Positions 40,501-55,500 are shown, counted from the stretch's first letter. The stretch is 64,000 nucleotides of DNA from Camelus ferus (GCF_009834535.1 NC_045700.1:70928001-70992000); one strand, 5' to 3'. Translations and numbers: made by a program. Notes: generated by a model not told the origin, from the sequence alone.

Positions 40501-43500
40501 GAGTGTTATTTCTAGAAAGTAGAGACTTCACTTTACAACAAGGTGAATTGGTGAAAATATGTAAGTGTGCTTTCAAATCCAGGTCAATCTTCTAGGCATG
40601 TATTTCAAGGAAGAAACCGAGAGAGGAGACAAAAATCAACCTTCAAAGATGTTTAATTATAGGTTATTTGTGACAGTGGAGAAACTAGAATTAACCTAAA
40701 TATCCAAAAACAAGGAAATGGATAAATGAATTATGGTACATACATAAGACACAATATGCTGCAGTCATTAAAAATGATTCTGTAGCAGTGTATATATTGA
40801 CACTGAAAAATTCTCATGAAATATAGTTAAGTGAAGAAAATGGGCTACAAAATGTATGTACAGTATAATTCCTTTTTCTTGTAAAAGAAGAAAAGTAAAG
40901 AGAAATATAAAAGTATGTATTCCAAATATCGAGTGGTTATGATAGAATTACTGGCTTACAGGGGATTTTAAAAATTTTTGCTTCTTTGTATTTTGAAATC
41001 TTCTGTATGAGATAATATATAATAGAATATGTAATATGTAAGGGAATATATGATAAGATACAATGTATAAGTTAAAAGATTATATTTAAGAGATTATATC
41101 TGATAATATATTAGATATATTTATTAAATATTAACATTGATTATATTATAAATAAGGAATAGATTATACAACAGTGTATCATAAAATATGATAATACTAC
41201 TACTAATAAATAATATTGATAAAAATGATTAAAAAAAAAAAGACTGGCTGAACTAACAGAGTAAAGCTCTCAGCCATAAAAGAAATGTGGGTGTAGTCAT
41301 TTATCTGCCATTTTGGGGTCAGCTCATGGTTTATCATGGGGCACTCACAGTCATGGATCATATTCTGAGAAACAGTGCTGTGGAGGTCATTTTAAAGTAG
41401 GGTTAGGTAAGAAAAAAAGTTAGCAGAAAACTAGAAATAATCTAAATGTCCAAAAATAAGAATAGATCAAATTACGGCACAACTATCCATATACATGCCA
41501 TGCAACCATTATGTCAAGATGTCACTGAAGAATATTTAATGACATTGATAGACATTTATGTTACTAAGTGAAACAAGCAAGCAATACTAAACACATATAT
41601 AAATACACATCCATAAAGAAGGGTTTAGAAGGCAACATAACAAAATATTAATAATGATTATGTATAGGTGATGGGATTACAAATGACTTTCTCTTCCTTT
41701 TTGACTTACATTTTTGAAATATTAAAGTATATTAATAAGAAAATTTTCTTTAAAATAGAAAAGATATTATAATTTACTTACTGAAGGCTTTTCGCTACTA
41801 TAGATCAACTCGGTGTTGCATATGAGCATTTGTCACACAAATCATAAGGCAAATGGAAAAGCAAGGCTGTCCCTTCTCAGCTCAGGAGTCAGGGACGGCA
41901 AGGGAAGGAGAGAAACACGAGGGCCAGGAGGAAGCCGGTAGAGGCTGGGGACCACCACACTGTGGGTCCCACACCCACGCCCTCCACGTATTATCAAAAC
42001 TGGGCTGAGGGGTCTTCATGCACCAACCCTTGCCCAGAATGCCAGGACTCCCAGAGACCAGAGAGGTCAGTTACCATTTTATTCAGTCTTCGCCTCACTT
42101 TAAGGTAGAATTTGAAGAGCAAGCTGATGATCAGGGTGCGCCTATATTCCACCATTCCGCCCTCAGCTGCTGGTGGGATGTAAATCTCACCCAGCACCAA
42201 TCGGCAAGCGTCACTCAGCATTTGGTCATCCCACTGCCTAATAAGAAAGAATGCAAACACTTCACAGAAGAGACAGAGACAGACATTGATCTAACAGAGC
42301 AAGGAAAGATGGAGAACAATCTGTATTCATCTTTGAAGGCTACACAAAATATCCTCAAATATTTCACTAGCTTTCTTTAGAATCTGATGCAGTGGTTCCC
42401 AAATTTTCCTTACTAAGTCCTCCTTTATTAATATTATTTTTAAAGTTTAATTTTTAATTGAGATATAATTAATATGTAACATTGTATCAGTTTTAGGTGT
42501 ATAATGATTTGATATTTGTGTATAATGTGAAATGATCACCACAGCAAATCTAGTTAACGTCCATCACCGCACATTGTTACAAATTTTTTCTTGTGATGAG
42601 AATTTTTAAGATCTACTCTTTCAGCAACTTTCAAGTTTACAATGCAGTATTATTAACTGTAGTCACCATACTGCACATTACATCCCCATGACATTTATTT
42701 TATAGCTGGAAGTTCATACTTTTTAAATCCCCTTCACCCATTTTGCACGCCACCTGCCCTCCTCCCTGCCATGCAACCACCANNNNNNNNNNNNNNNNNN
42801 NNNNNNNNNNNNNNNNNNNNNNNNNNNNNNNNNNNNNNNNNNNNNNNNNNNNNNNNNNNNNNNNNNNNNNNNNNNNNNNNNNNNNNNNNNNNNNNNNNNN
42901 NNNNNNNNNNNNNNNNNNNNNNNNNNNNNNNNNNNNNNNNNNNNNNNNNNNNNNNNAATATTGCATTATCTATCTATCTGTCTATCTATCTATCCTATCA
43001 TATTTCCTTTATAAATTCATCCATTGATGGACACTTGGGTTGCTTCCATTATCTTGGCTGTGGTAAGTAATGCTGCAATCAACCTAGGCTGCTTATTATG
43101 TCTTTTGAGTTAGTGTTTTAATTTTCTCCCATCCAAGTACTAACTAGGCCCAACCCTGCTTAGCCTCCGAGATTAGACAGGTTGGGCGCATTCAGAGTAG
43201 TATGCTGTAGACGATTTTTGGAGGGGGAGGAGGAAATTTATTTTATTTGTTTGTTTTATTTTAACAGAGGTACTGGGGATTGATCCCAGGACCTCGTGCA
43301 TGCTAAGCACGCACTCTACCACTGAGTTATAACTGACCCCCAACCCAAGTTAGTGTTTTAATGTTCTCTGGATAAATACCCAGAAGTGAAGTTGTTGGAT
43401 CATATGGTAGTTTTATTTTTAATTTTTTATTATTTAACAATAAAAAATGTTTTATTATTTAACTTCAAGTTTTTATTATTTTTTAACTTTATGACCTGGA

Positions 43501-46500
43501 AATGTTGACTTACCTCAAATAGCTTGGGTAAAAAAAGTACTAAAATCAAGCTCCCCAAGTTCTGGGAATATCTCCTTAGATTAATTAATGCATTAATCTC
43601 ATTACAGAAACTGCAACAAAAGAATTGTATCTTGAAGGAGGTTGGTTTTTGGGTGGCTTATTTTCTTTATACTTTTCTGCAGTGCTTAAATTTTCTGCAC
43701 AGTTTTATATATGTATATATAATTTATCCATTATCATCAGAAAAAATTTCTCCAAGTGCTATTTTCATTAAAACATTAAAGTGAAGAGGCCTGCGAGTCA
43801 CATTCGAGATGTGCTATGACGTACCTCCCAATGAGCTGCTGGCAGGTCTGTCTTGCAGAGACAACAGTGGGGCCAACACTCCCATAGAACATCTGAAGGT
43901 CCTTGATTGTGTCTGTGCCATCCTCAAACTTCACACTCATCCCAGCATTGACAACGGCGAAGGCATTCTCCTGACGCTGGGCCATCCGGAGTCCCAACAC
44001 AAAGTGCCACTGGAGACAGAAAAATGCTCAAGATTCAGTGCTTATCTCCACTGTCTGACAGAGAGCAACAACTGTGATGGTTATTCACAGTGAAAAGGAT
44101 CTTGGGAATGATGTGGGGTCTCACATCAGTATGGTTACTGAGTATACAGTGATGCTGACTCTGACTATTGCCTATGGGCTTTGCATGTATTAATATTTAA
44201 TCCTCACATCAACTCTACTCATTTCCAATTTACTGATAAAGAAACTGAGAGGTTGAGTAACTTGCACAAAATCACACAGCTGGTGTTGAAATTCAAGCAG
44301 TCTGTCTCCATTCTATGCTTACCTATTGTCGACTTTGAATCACCACGTGTGGCCTTGGGCAAGTGACTTAAACTATTCAGGTCTGAATTTTCTTTAAAAT
44401 GAGAAGGTTGGATTTGACCGGATGGTGCCTCAGGGGCTGCTGAGAGGGGTGAGGGCCTCTCACAGTGAACTACCTCACCTCTACTTTTCACTGTTTTAGT
44501 TTGGTGTTCTATGTAAATTTCATTTGAATAAGGAGTTTAACTGTTAAAAAAAAGAAAGCTTGAAAATCACAGGAAAAATGGTTTCCAAAGTGCTTTCCAG
44601 GTTTAAATCTGTCATTCTAGGTTAAATTTCATTACTGGTGTGAAACATTACAGCCATAAAGTCGGAAAGCCTCTTTGTGTGGCCAGCATCTCGGTGGGAG
44701 CTGGGGAGACATTAAACTCCACCACCATGGATCCTGTCAAGGATGAAACATTTTTGATATAGAAAGCAAAGGTGATAGAGATCAGTGTGTTGAGACACAC
44801 CAGTCACATTTGTTCTACTGTACAGGTTGGTGGGGACTTTCCTCTCCATTTCTCCTTACCTTCTCCGGCCTGAATTACGGTCATTCAACTTTCAGTCTAT
44901 CCTCCAACCAATTATCCTCTATCTTTCTAGTGATAAAATACCACTTTCATTAAGATCTTACCTTCTTTAAAGCCTTCACAGGTGGCTGTTGGCTAGAACT
45001 CGAACAAACTCTTGGATGGAGCAATAGATATGCTTGGCGATGGAGCCCAACCTCCCTCCAGACTTATCTCACAGGCTGCTCTGGCCACCCTGCCCTGCTG
45101 CCTGGCCTCCAACCTGCCATCCCCTCCCAGCCCCCATCCCCATGAGACTATTAACTCTTTGACTGTTTCGTAGACTTAAAAAAAATTTAATGATTGAATG
45201 AAAACCCTGGAATGACCACCTCCTTCTCTGCACTGATCTATGCTGATCCCAGCTACCTCCCCTCACCTTTAACAGCACCAGGGCAGGGCTCTCCCCATCA
45301 CCAGAATGACTCAAGCTCTTTGTCCACTCATTTCCTGTCTGAGATGATTAGTTTTTCCTATCTCAAGCCCTTTGTCTTAGATTTGGAGACCTTTGAGGAC
45401 AGGATTGTGCATCTTTTTTTTTTTTTAATACTTCTTTAAAAAATTCTTTTTGTGGAGAAGTAATTAGGTTTATTTATCTATTTTTTTTAAGGGTGGTACT
45501 GGGGATTGAACCCAGGACCTCACACATGCTAAGCATGCACTTGACCACTGAGCTATACCCTACCCCCACCCTCAGTCTTTTAAATCCTTGTAGTCTTCTG
45601 AGTTTAGCACTGTGTCTGGCATGTAGAGTGGTAGGTAGTTAATAAATAAATAATTTTGTTTAAAGTATTTGATTAATAAGTGGTGGCTGACTTGGAAGTT
45701 TCTTTATAGGAAATCAGCTTTCAGTTTGCCAGAAACTTGCTGTAGATGATGCTGACTATAGTTTTACTCAGTCTTGGCTAAGTTGCATGTTTGTCTGAAA
45801 CCCAACACGCTTCACACAAAAGGCTCTCCTTTCGTGGTGGGGGGGGTGTATCCTTTAGGCAGAGGGACAGGCTCATGGAAACATTTTCATTTCTTTTAAA
45901 ATCAAAAGAAAAAATGAATATAGTAGTAATGACTATATAACCCTGAAGGCAGCCTGGATTATACCCATCTTTACAGTGACTCAGTCACATATATTTATTT
46001 TTTATCTTTTATGGAGAAAGGGACTGACGAAGGCAAAGTACCCAGGGCCCACAGGGTCATAAGGTGGCCCTGATAGGAAAGCAAATCAGATGGTCATCCA
46101 GGAATGTATCCCTTCCTGTGAGCAGCCCCAGAGGGCTCCCTGCAGCAGCGGGCTGTAAAAGGAGATGTTGCTACTCCCTTGGAAGCCTGCCTGCGGCTAG
46201 CTGCTCAGGGCGAGGGGCTGGCAGCGGGTCAGGGAGCCCCTACCTGAGTAGAGTGTGGAATATACACAGATAACACAATCTCCTCTGACTTAAGTCTGGC
46301 TTCAGGTGATCTCTCAAGGAAATGGCCATCTAGAGGAATCTGCCGTTCTCCTTCTGTCGAGAAAATGACCTTGATTAGGATGAACTGATCAGATTGGAGA
46401 ATATACTGCAAGGGACAGATGTGACACATCTGGTGGAAAGAGGGAGCACAGCTGGGACCAGAGATGAAGATTCTAGTTCCAGCTCCCAGGTTGGGTCTCC

Positions 46501-49500
46501 GGAGGCAGGTCACGGAATCTCTGGGGCTTCTGGTTCCTCGCGTGCAGAAGAGCAGGACTGGATCTGACAAACTGTCAAGTCTTCTCTGGTTCTTTCACCC
46601 AGTATACACCACTCACAAAATTTTGGCTTTGAAGAACTTTAAAGCTGTTTGGAAACAACCTAGTACAATGTAGGTTCACAAATGGGAAATGGGTACAATG
46701 GTTACAGTGTATTTCACAAATGGGAAAACTGAGCCCCAAGGACCAGAAAAGTTAAGTGACCTCTCCGAAGAGCTAGAGATGGAATGAAAGGCAGAGGTGA
46801 GATGCCTGATATATAGCTTTTTTTCCTTAAACAGTTTACCATACTCTCTTATTTGATCTGCCATATTTTTAAAAATTTGATTTTAATCAAAGAGAGGGTA
46901 TCTTATATCAAAAGCCCTGTGAATAACATGCATTTGTTTTTAAGTTTAAATAATTGTCCTTTGGCAAAATTCAAGTCATCTTTGACTGATGAGAGAAGTA
47001 ATAAGTAATATGCCTCACAAACTTGATCTTGTTTAAAGTGAAAAGTGTAAGAATAATTTTCACCTGTATGAAGATCTGAACTCAACTATGCCGTAAAACT
47101 TAATAATCACAAAGATACATCTTTTTAACTTTTTCTTTAATTGTTTTGCTACTACAATTTGGTCTGTGCACAAATGTGGCCAAATAGTTAAGAAAAATTG
47201 TCAGATTCAGTAACTTATCTGATCTCCAAGATATAGAACATCTGGAGAAGAGGACAATTGATCTCAGTTTCATCCTTACGCCTGAGGTAATAGAGAAATA
47301 GTCTGTAATATTTGGTGAACCTAAGTTAGATATATTTGGGTTCCTAGTTCATAATTTATGGAAGGAGCTATACAACTGAAAGTGATAATTTTAAAATAAA
47401 ATGTTTAGGGCTTGGCCTCTTACCTTTGGATATCACATTGATGGTAGCATTTCCTGCTGCTAAAATGGGATTTAGGTCAGAATAATTAGGCCTGCTCACC
47501 ACATGTCCTCCTAAAGTCTAAATAAAAAAGAAGATCATTTTTAAAGCTACATTTAGTTATTGGACAAATAAGGAATTAAGCATATAGGGATCTTGTGTAA
47601 GTCTTAAAAATTCTCTTCTTTGTTTCATAGAAAGACCTGGTAGACTTCCGAGGCAGTTAAATATAGTCAGACAAACCACTGTGCAAGATCCCCACCCCCT
47701 AACCCCAGTTCAAACTTACTGCTTGATAAAATACTGTTTTTCCATATGCAGTGAGAAGGAAAATTTCTTTGAGAACTGACCCTAGCATGAGTGGCCAACA
47801 ACATGAGGGAGAGTGAAGACTGGAGCCTGAGCAGACGCTAAGAGCTGGGATACGGGGCACTCACACGCAAAATGCGTGCTGTGCGGCTGTGCAACAGAGT
47901 TCTCACCACCCCAAACCGTCAATAAAGCTGCTTTGACGACGTAGCCTTGAAGGAGGACCTTTGAGGGGAGTTAAGGGGGCAAGGTGATGCCAAGAGGAAC
48001 AATGTGGTGCCGAAAAAGGGACGGAAGATGCAGAAGGTGAAAACATACAGTGGATTCTGAGAATCGACAGAAACAGGGCCAGAGATAATTGGGAGAACTG
48101 CCCCCACCAAATCCTGCCGAACCGCCCGTCATGTGGGGAACAGGTAGGAGTTCCTACTTATTATTCTTCTTTTAAAAATTTTTTCTTACTGAAGCATAGT
48201 TGATTTACAATGTTAGTTTCAGGTGTACAGTGAAGTGATTCAGTTATACATATACATACATATATATTGTTTTCTTTTCAGATTCTTTACCATTATATGT
48301 TATTTTACAAGAAATTGAATATAGTTCCCTGTGCTATGCAGTAGGTCCTTGTTGTTTATCTATTTTATATATAGTAATGTGTTCTGTTACTCCACAACTC
48401 CTAATTTATCCTTTCTTGCCTTTTCCCCTTTGGTAACCATAGTTTCCAACCTACTATTCTTAAATCTTAAATAATAAAGAAACCTCAAAAAGCTAGAAAA
48501 CAGGGGGACATCCAAGATACATATGTTTGGAAACTGACCTCAGTGCAAAGGTCTAAAAGGAGAACTAGCCAGAAAAGAGTATTTTGGAAAAGTAGGCTCT
48601 TGTTTATTATGCCTTGGATAAGACATATTTCATGGACTACTACAGCTGGACATGATCTTAGGGACAGTCCATGTGGTGGAACCTTAATTTAGAAATGAAG
48701 AAACAGTGGCTTACAGAGGTCGTGGCTTCTCCAGGATCATTCCACTCATAGATGACAGGCTGGCATACTCAGACTCCAATACCTTAATCTTGTGAGACAA
48801 TATGCCACTTCTCACTTTGGACACACACATACACACAATGTGATACCTCTCACTTTGGGCACATACGTATGTACTGACACGCATATTGTAGAGGCTTGTT
48901 TGACATTAACTTGAGATTCCTCTTCAGGGTAATGTTTTCTAGTCTGAACAGAACTGCATGCCTGTGTACAGCTGTGGTTTATTTCAAGTAACACTAGAGA
49001 ACATACCGCCATATTCCTAATCTGGGCTCCAGCCAGTGTCCTCAGGTGCTTCAAGAGAGCACGGTAGGTCTTTGTCTTCTCCTTTGGTTGCTCAGAAACA
49101 ATGAAATGTAAGGCATCATTCAACTGGGCCAGGCTGTATCCCGCACCTATTGTCACCCCTGAAAGTAGGGTAGTGAATGGAAACTTAAGGTGAAACAAGT
49201 AGTTGTTATTAACAAGTTGTTAATGGTAAAAAGATATATGGGCTGCATGGAAATAATCTTTCAAATATATATTTTCTTTTCACAGTAACTTAGAAAGACA
49301 GAAACCACAAGTAAAGATATTTCTGGCAATTGGCTTTATTCTCAAATATTAAATACCAAAGATTTTTTCTCAGTCATGTATACAGTCACATATGCCTTAC
49401 ATTTTAGGATATATCAACCACAGAGATCTAGAATTCATTACTTTGTTTATTTCCAGTTTTGTGCTTTCCTGAATAAATTGATCAAATATGAAAATTTCAG

Positions 49501-52500
49501 CCAAGATCCTGTAAGACTTTCAAAAGGATCATTTAGCCTCAGTAGGAACTGACCTGCAAATCTGCACTGCCCTTTTGCCCGTGTCACACAGCCATCTCTT
49601 CCTAGTGTTCCCTTGTGAGAATAACCAGAACAGACACCTGTCTGCACCTTGGGTCACTTGTATTTGTAGGTGTGCTTACGGGGAGTGCTTTGAGTAGTGA
49701 TGTCATCTAGTTCATGCATCCTCAGTGGGGGTGATACTGCCTCCAAGGGGGTGGAAAAGTCTTACTCTTTTTATGTATAAAGCCCTGATATATACAGATA
49801 TATATGGTCTATCTGTGGTGTTAAAATTTCAAAGAGGGATGGCTAGAGAAAAAATGTCTTTTGCTCCTTAGAGAGGCCATAATGAAAAGGTGGAGACACA
49901 CTGATACAGGTCTACAGGCTCTACACCCCTAGTCCCTCCACCTCCACCCCCGCCACCAAGTACTTCTACACCTGTCAGCCCTCTACCTGGACTCCTTTTG
50001 CTCCATCTCACCCTGTGAGTACATTGGTATGGACTTTCCAACAGGTTAAAAAAAAAAAAAGAATGAGCAGACTAAGATTGACAGGTCGGAGGGGAAAGCA
50101 GACAACTTTCCATTTGATTTCTATTTACTTCTTGGAGATTCACTCATATGTGGGATTTTTAGCTTCTATAAGCTGTTATCCATTTACATGTTGAGTTTGG
50201 TTAGTGGACAGTGGGATATGTTTCTCAGACAGCCTTATTTGGTGCTTTTTGAGGAAGAAACATTTGACCAGGAGTAAGAAGGCTTAGGATCTAGTCCTGA
50301 CTTGACCATGTGTTAGCTGCGTGAAGTTGGGAAGTTACTTAAGCCCTTTGATTCTGTATCTTCTTTAGGAGAATGGAGGTTCCAAGGCTATCTGCTATGT
50401 CCACCTCCCAGGGATGTTGTGAGAATCAAAAGAAACAAGAGATGTAAAAGCACTTGGTAAATTGTGAAGAGTGTAAAAATGAATAAAGCTATTCATGGTT
50501 AAATTTCACATCTTGTGGTCCAAATCATTTTTCTTTTTGGTGAGTGTGTATGTGTGAAGGATGAGCCTCTAGCAAATTTGTGAATCAGGAAGTGGTATCA
50601 GGCAAGAAGCTTTCAAACTGGCCAGCCAATGTCTTTAGTCTTTTTATTCAGTAATCTCTCCATACTGGGCTGAGCTATGTGGCATCTTCCCATCATTATG
50701 GCTCCTATGACATTGTAGTACACAGAGACACAGCTGAGTGGGTCAGCTTGGAAAAGTTCATAGAGGATACAGAATAGGTGCTCAATAAATATTTTTGAAT
50801 AAGTAAGTGAAGTCAGATATTCTATGAAGTTCTCAGATTAGCCCAGTGCATATAATTGATTATTAATAGCCCACCAACAGCTAATGGTTACATCTTATTT
50901 TTTTTTTTTTTTTAAAAAGGTGCATACCATCATCTGTGCTGTCCACAAAATAGAGTTCTGGAAGCCCAAGTGGAGATATAAAAACTGGATGGAATTCATC
51001 TCTGAATTTAATTCTGGGTCCTTAAGAAGAAAAGCATTTAAAGCAATTATAAAAGAAAGACAATGAGTGCTAATATATGTTGCTTGCTGATAATCCAGAA
51101 GTGAAAATTATGAGACAAATGAATCATTTGCAAAAGAATACAACAAAACATTCTGAAGGATCAGAGGTATCCACTAATGAAAGTGAACTGCATTTATGAA
51201 AAGTTTAAAAAGAAACAAGGATGTTTGGGCTACCTAATCTAAAGAACATGCTTAAAAAGCACCTACCCACTTCAGTGTTTCCCATGACAATGGGGGCTTT
51301 GGGGAAACTGGTTTTCAGCTCCACAAGGTCGTTCAAGGTTACAGGGGTGATCCAGGTGGTCCTCTCCCCTTGGAACATTAGCCTTCTTTTGTTTGGATCT
51401 TCTGCCATTCTCTACAGGGAAGCAAAGCCAACAGGATATCACGTAAGGCTGTTGAACTACATGCCATGAATATGTCCACTGCTCTGGGTGGCCAAGTGGC
51501 CTGATAGTCATTTTAGCTTTCTAAGGTGAACTAACTTTGAGGGATCAGGAAAGGGTGGCCTTGTTTAAAACTCCTAGATTGGTAAGAACCATGTGGGCAC
51601 CACTGAATAAGCATCATAAAGGTGTCTATCCATCAACAGTTGCATATAGAGTAGAGCAAACTCTCTATTTGGAAAGTGGTTGTGCTAAGAGGAGGCAGCA
51701 TGGTACAGTGAAGGTGTCAGCCTGGGATTAAAGGCATGGGCTTCTTGATCTACGTCCGCCCTAACAGCGACTCAGAGGGGCCTCACCTTTGGGGATTAGC
51801 TGCTTTGGTGGGACAGAAATTGCTTATAGGAAAATTATCCTCAAAAAAAAAAAAACCACCCTTAAATCGTTCACCAGGTAGAGTGTAAACAGACATTTTT
51901 ACAACTTTGCAAATAATCATATAAATATGTGTATCTCTACATATTTATATCTATCTACATTTCTATATCTCTATGTAATCTTTAAATACTAGATGTGTCC
52001 AGTTTCTCATGCTTCGGGGTTTGTGGGGACTGAGACCTTCTGAGAAGCCGGTAAAATCATAGCCCTCATCCCATGCTCTCTCTCCAGGGCCCAGTCATGG
52101 AACAGAATGATGGGCATGCCACACTATTTATATTAGTCTCTCTTTCTTCTCAGAGTTGAGATCACAGAGGTTAATAGTAGGAATGATAAAATTCCATTAT
52201 AATAAGTATCGTCTGATTTTACCTTACCAGTTTTACAAAATGCCTGTAACATATCCCAAGTGTAGCTGTGTGACCTTGATTAAGTCACACATACTCTGTG
52301 AGCTCGGGGTTTTTAGTGCAGGGGGTAAACCAAAGCACCTCTGAGGTCCCGGCAGCGCCACTCTCCTAAGCTGTCTGTTTCATATTACAGCGGAGCTGAA
52401 CATGTTTCTAAAAATGGGTTATCGTGTTGGATGTGCTTCCAACTTTCAGTATCTAACACTCAGTAGTCCCATAGTGTAATACAAAAGACTTATACTGCAG

Positions 52501-55500
52501 CATGCGATAAGACAACAAAAGTGAAATGTCTTACTATGAGTTCAGAAGGGAATATAGGTTCCTGGGATGGATCCAAGGGCTGGAATTCATCTTCATTGTA
52601 CAGCTTGGTACACATCTCAACAAAACGAAACAAAGTACAAATGGAACTTCAGAGATACAGAGAGATGTACAGGAATCTCTAAGTGTGAGACTTCAGAGTC
52701 AGAGCACCTATGACATTCTGCATGCAGAATGGCGGTGTCAGAGCCTCAGGGCATCCCTGGAAGAATTCTTCCCACCCTCAGAGGAGGCTGATGGTCCCTC
52801 TGCCAGATTTGCTGGGCTCTGGGCTTCCTCTTTTGTCAGGAATTGGATTTTAAGCATCTGTGCTGGGTCTTGGGTATTGTTTGCAGATAATTACTTGCCA
52901 TGAGCATGAAGCGGAGCGACTGCTTTTTTGCCTTGCAGTGCTTGTGGGTGATGGGAGCGGGGTAAACCCAGACTAAGGCACAGAGAGTTGTAATGCTTTG
53001 GAAGAAAAACAGCCTTCTGTGCTGACTGGCCTCGGGCTTGCTAATTTTTGGAGCTTCTTAAAGCTGTCTATGCCCTGAATTTACTTACTCTATACTTCAC
53101 TCACTGAATAGAAACCTTGAATAAATTTGGATTTATGTGGGTATTTTTCAGTCAATCCCAACCGAAGTAGAATATCAGATACTTACTTTTTCCTGTCTGT
53201 CCACAAAAAACTTCTCATCTTGATCCATGCAACATTTTCCTGATCCTTTCATTTGACAAACAGTTGATTCCTTAGGAAGTAATGCAGTTTATAACAAATT
53301 CTTTGATCAATTCTTTAAACACCAACCCGAGGGCCCGGCAGTGCCCAGGCCCCAGAGGAGCTATGGAAGAAGTAATAGAGTGCATCTGTGCCCTCAGGGA
53401 CTCTGTAATGAAGTGGGACAGAGAACACGCTCTTCCATCACTGACCAATTGGAGAAAATGCAGGAAGTGTGCAACCATGCTCCCGATAAGGTCTTGTAAG
53501 TGGTGTCACTTAAGTCTCAGAGGAAGAAGAAGGAGGTTGGAGGAGGGTGGGTCAGCCAGCTAAGGCTTCCTACTAGAAGTGAGGTAAATGGAGTGTAGTT
53601 ATAAGGTGGTAATTAAAAAGCCAAAAAGATGTTTCTTCATCATAAGGAAGATACATGCATGTCTTTAATGAAGTCCTGGCAAGACAAACTGCCTTTCAGA
53701 CTTCCTGTATACAAATATAAGTAGACTGAAAACCTGAGTTTATTTGGATGTTATTGGAGCATTTGAATGATTCAAGTCCTAAAATATTTTACCTTAATTT
53801 TCAGGACATTTTTTGCAGAACCAAAGTAGTGTTTTTGGCCTGAATTCATTGGTCAGTTCCTGCAACTCTCAGACTAATTCCATTCTTATTTGTCCTTTCA
53901 TGTGCAGACACAATCTAAGGGTCTGTAGCGGGTTGGAGACCTATGGTTTGACTTTATACATGGAGTCAAGGAGACCTGGGTTCTAGTTCCTGCTTTAACA
54001 CACATTAGCTGGGTTGAGTTTGTTACATTAGCAAAATAAAACCCATCGCAACCAGGTTTGTCAGATTTAACTGTGACAGGTACACACAGTGTCTGGCACA
54101 CAGAAAGTGCTGTAGGGTGGGGGCTGATATTTCACTTGTAAGGTAACTGTCCACAGAGTTAAGAAGGGACTTGGATTTTGTGACAACGCTATGTACTGTA
54201 AAGGGACTAAATACACGTGGCTGAATGTGGGGACCCAAAGTGAATGAGACAAAAATATCTGTTTAGATTTTGTCTTCAGGAAAATAGTAATAGGTTGAGT
54301 CATATGAAATTGCTGTTTTTGTGGGTCAAAATGGTGGAACATTGGTCATGCATACGGTGCAACATAAATATTATTTTACCCAGGATTTAAAACAAACTAG
54401 CCTGTAGTTTTAAAGCCTTTTGAAATTCTTCATTCCTGACCTAAAAGCTGATTTTTTCACAAAGACTATTTAGTATTTGGAATTAACTTGTACATTTTGA
54501 ATTGTTTTTGGTCAACCAAAATTTGATAAAATTAATTTTTACCATAAAAACTGGATGATGAAAAACCCCCTAACTGAAATCTTGTTATGAGTATGTCTCC
54601 TACTGATATTTAACTTACTGGAAACTTAATCTGTCTCAAGACTACCCCCCAACCATACATTAAATCATTCTTTTCCAGCTTCCTTCCTCCTTTGTGATTC
54701 CTTGATCTCTCAGCTTTGAAGGTGATTTGGATTTCTTTCTCACTGCATTCTTTATTGGCTAGAGGCAATCTCCTTCCTGAAAGTTGTATTTCTGGGCCTA
54801 CATCTGCCACACTGGTCTAGGTCCTTATTCCCTCACACATGGGATACTGCACAAGTCCAAGCCCTCATCTCCACCATGTCTTTCCAGGCTTATCTTTCTT
54901 ATAGGCAGATGCCAAGAATTTTCCTTTTGAACTACTGTTCTCATGTGACCCCTAGTTTAAGAACAGACAGTGACTATCTATTAGTTATCAACTGTAAATC
55001 TAAATTCTTTAGCCCTAAATAATATCTTTTTACTCCCTAATGCTTCAGCTACATCAATTTCTTAGTTGAACCTTGGACATCTTTCTTTTTCCTACTTCCA
55101 TACATTTTCTTACTTGGAATTTTCAATTGGCCTCTCTTCACTCATCTATTTCTATCACTTCCTTTAAGATCTAGCTCAAAACCCCTCTTCTCCAAAAAGT
55201 CTCCTCTGTGTTTTCCTTTCCCACTCACTAATTCTCTTTAATACCTGTTCCTCTAAAACTTATTTACATGGTAGAGAGGATATATTGAGCTTTTAATATT
55301 TTACTTTTCAATTACACATTTGTTATTTCTTAGTCTATATTTCATTTTCTTCAACAGACTTTGCATTTCTTGAAGTCATGGACCATATACTTTATTTCTT
55401 AAGGTGGTGCCTAATTTAGGGCTATAAACAAGATAGATGCTAAAGGTTTATTTTAAAAAAATATCAACAGCAGCATTTAACAACTTTCAGTGGTTAGAAA

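Larger units (their letters stand above)
42440..43430 (-). mobile_element. L1 3' end, interrupted by the N gap and the SINE-5S insertion
   Basis: ccattgatggacacttgggttgcttcc...; sequence continues in register across the 15-bp TSD. Confidence 0.75.

Noticed and set aside
41020-41220. AT-rich low-complexity tract (similar at 7570-7660 and 35755-35845)
   Set aside because: Associated with decayed L1 fragments and tails; no periodic unit or spacer structure.
42700-43070. ORFs containing long X runs
   Set aside because: Artefacts of the 174-nt N gap.
43125-43212. Functional 5S rRNA gene
   Set aside because: It lacks the last 30 or so nt including part of box C and shows CpG decay.
38883-53270. 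Exons 7 (84 nt) and 18 (115 nt) shorter than in AOX1
   Set aside because: Frame is preserved and the lengths fit the AOX4 protein as I recall it; paralogue-specific, not lesions.
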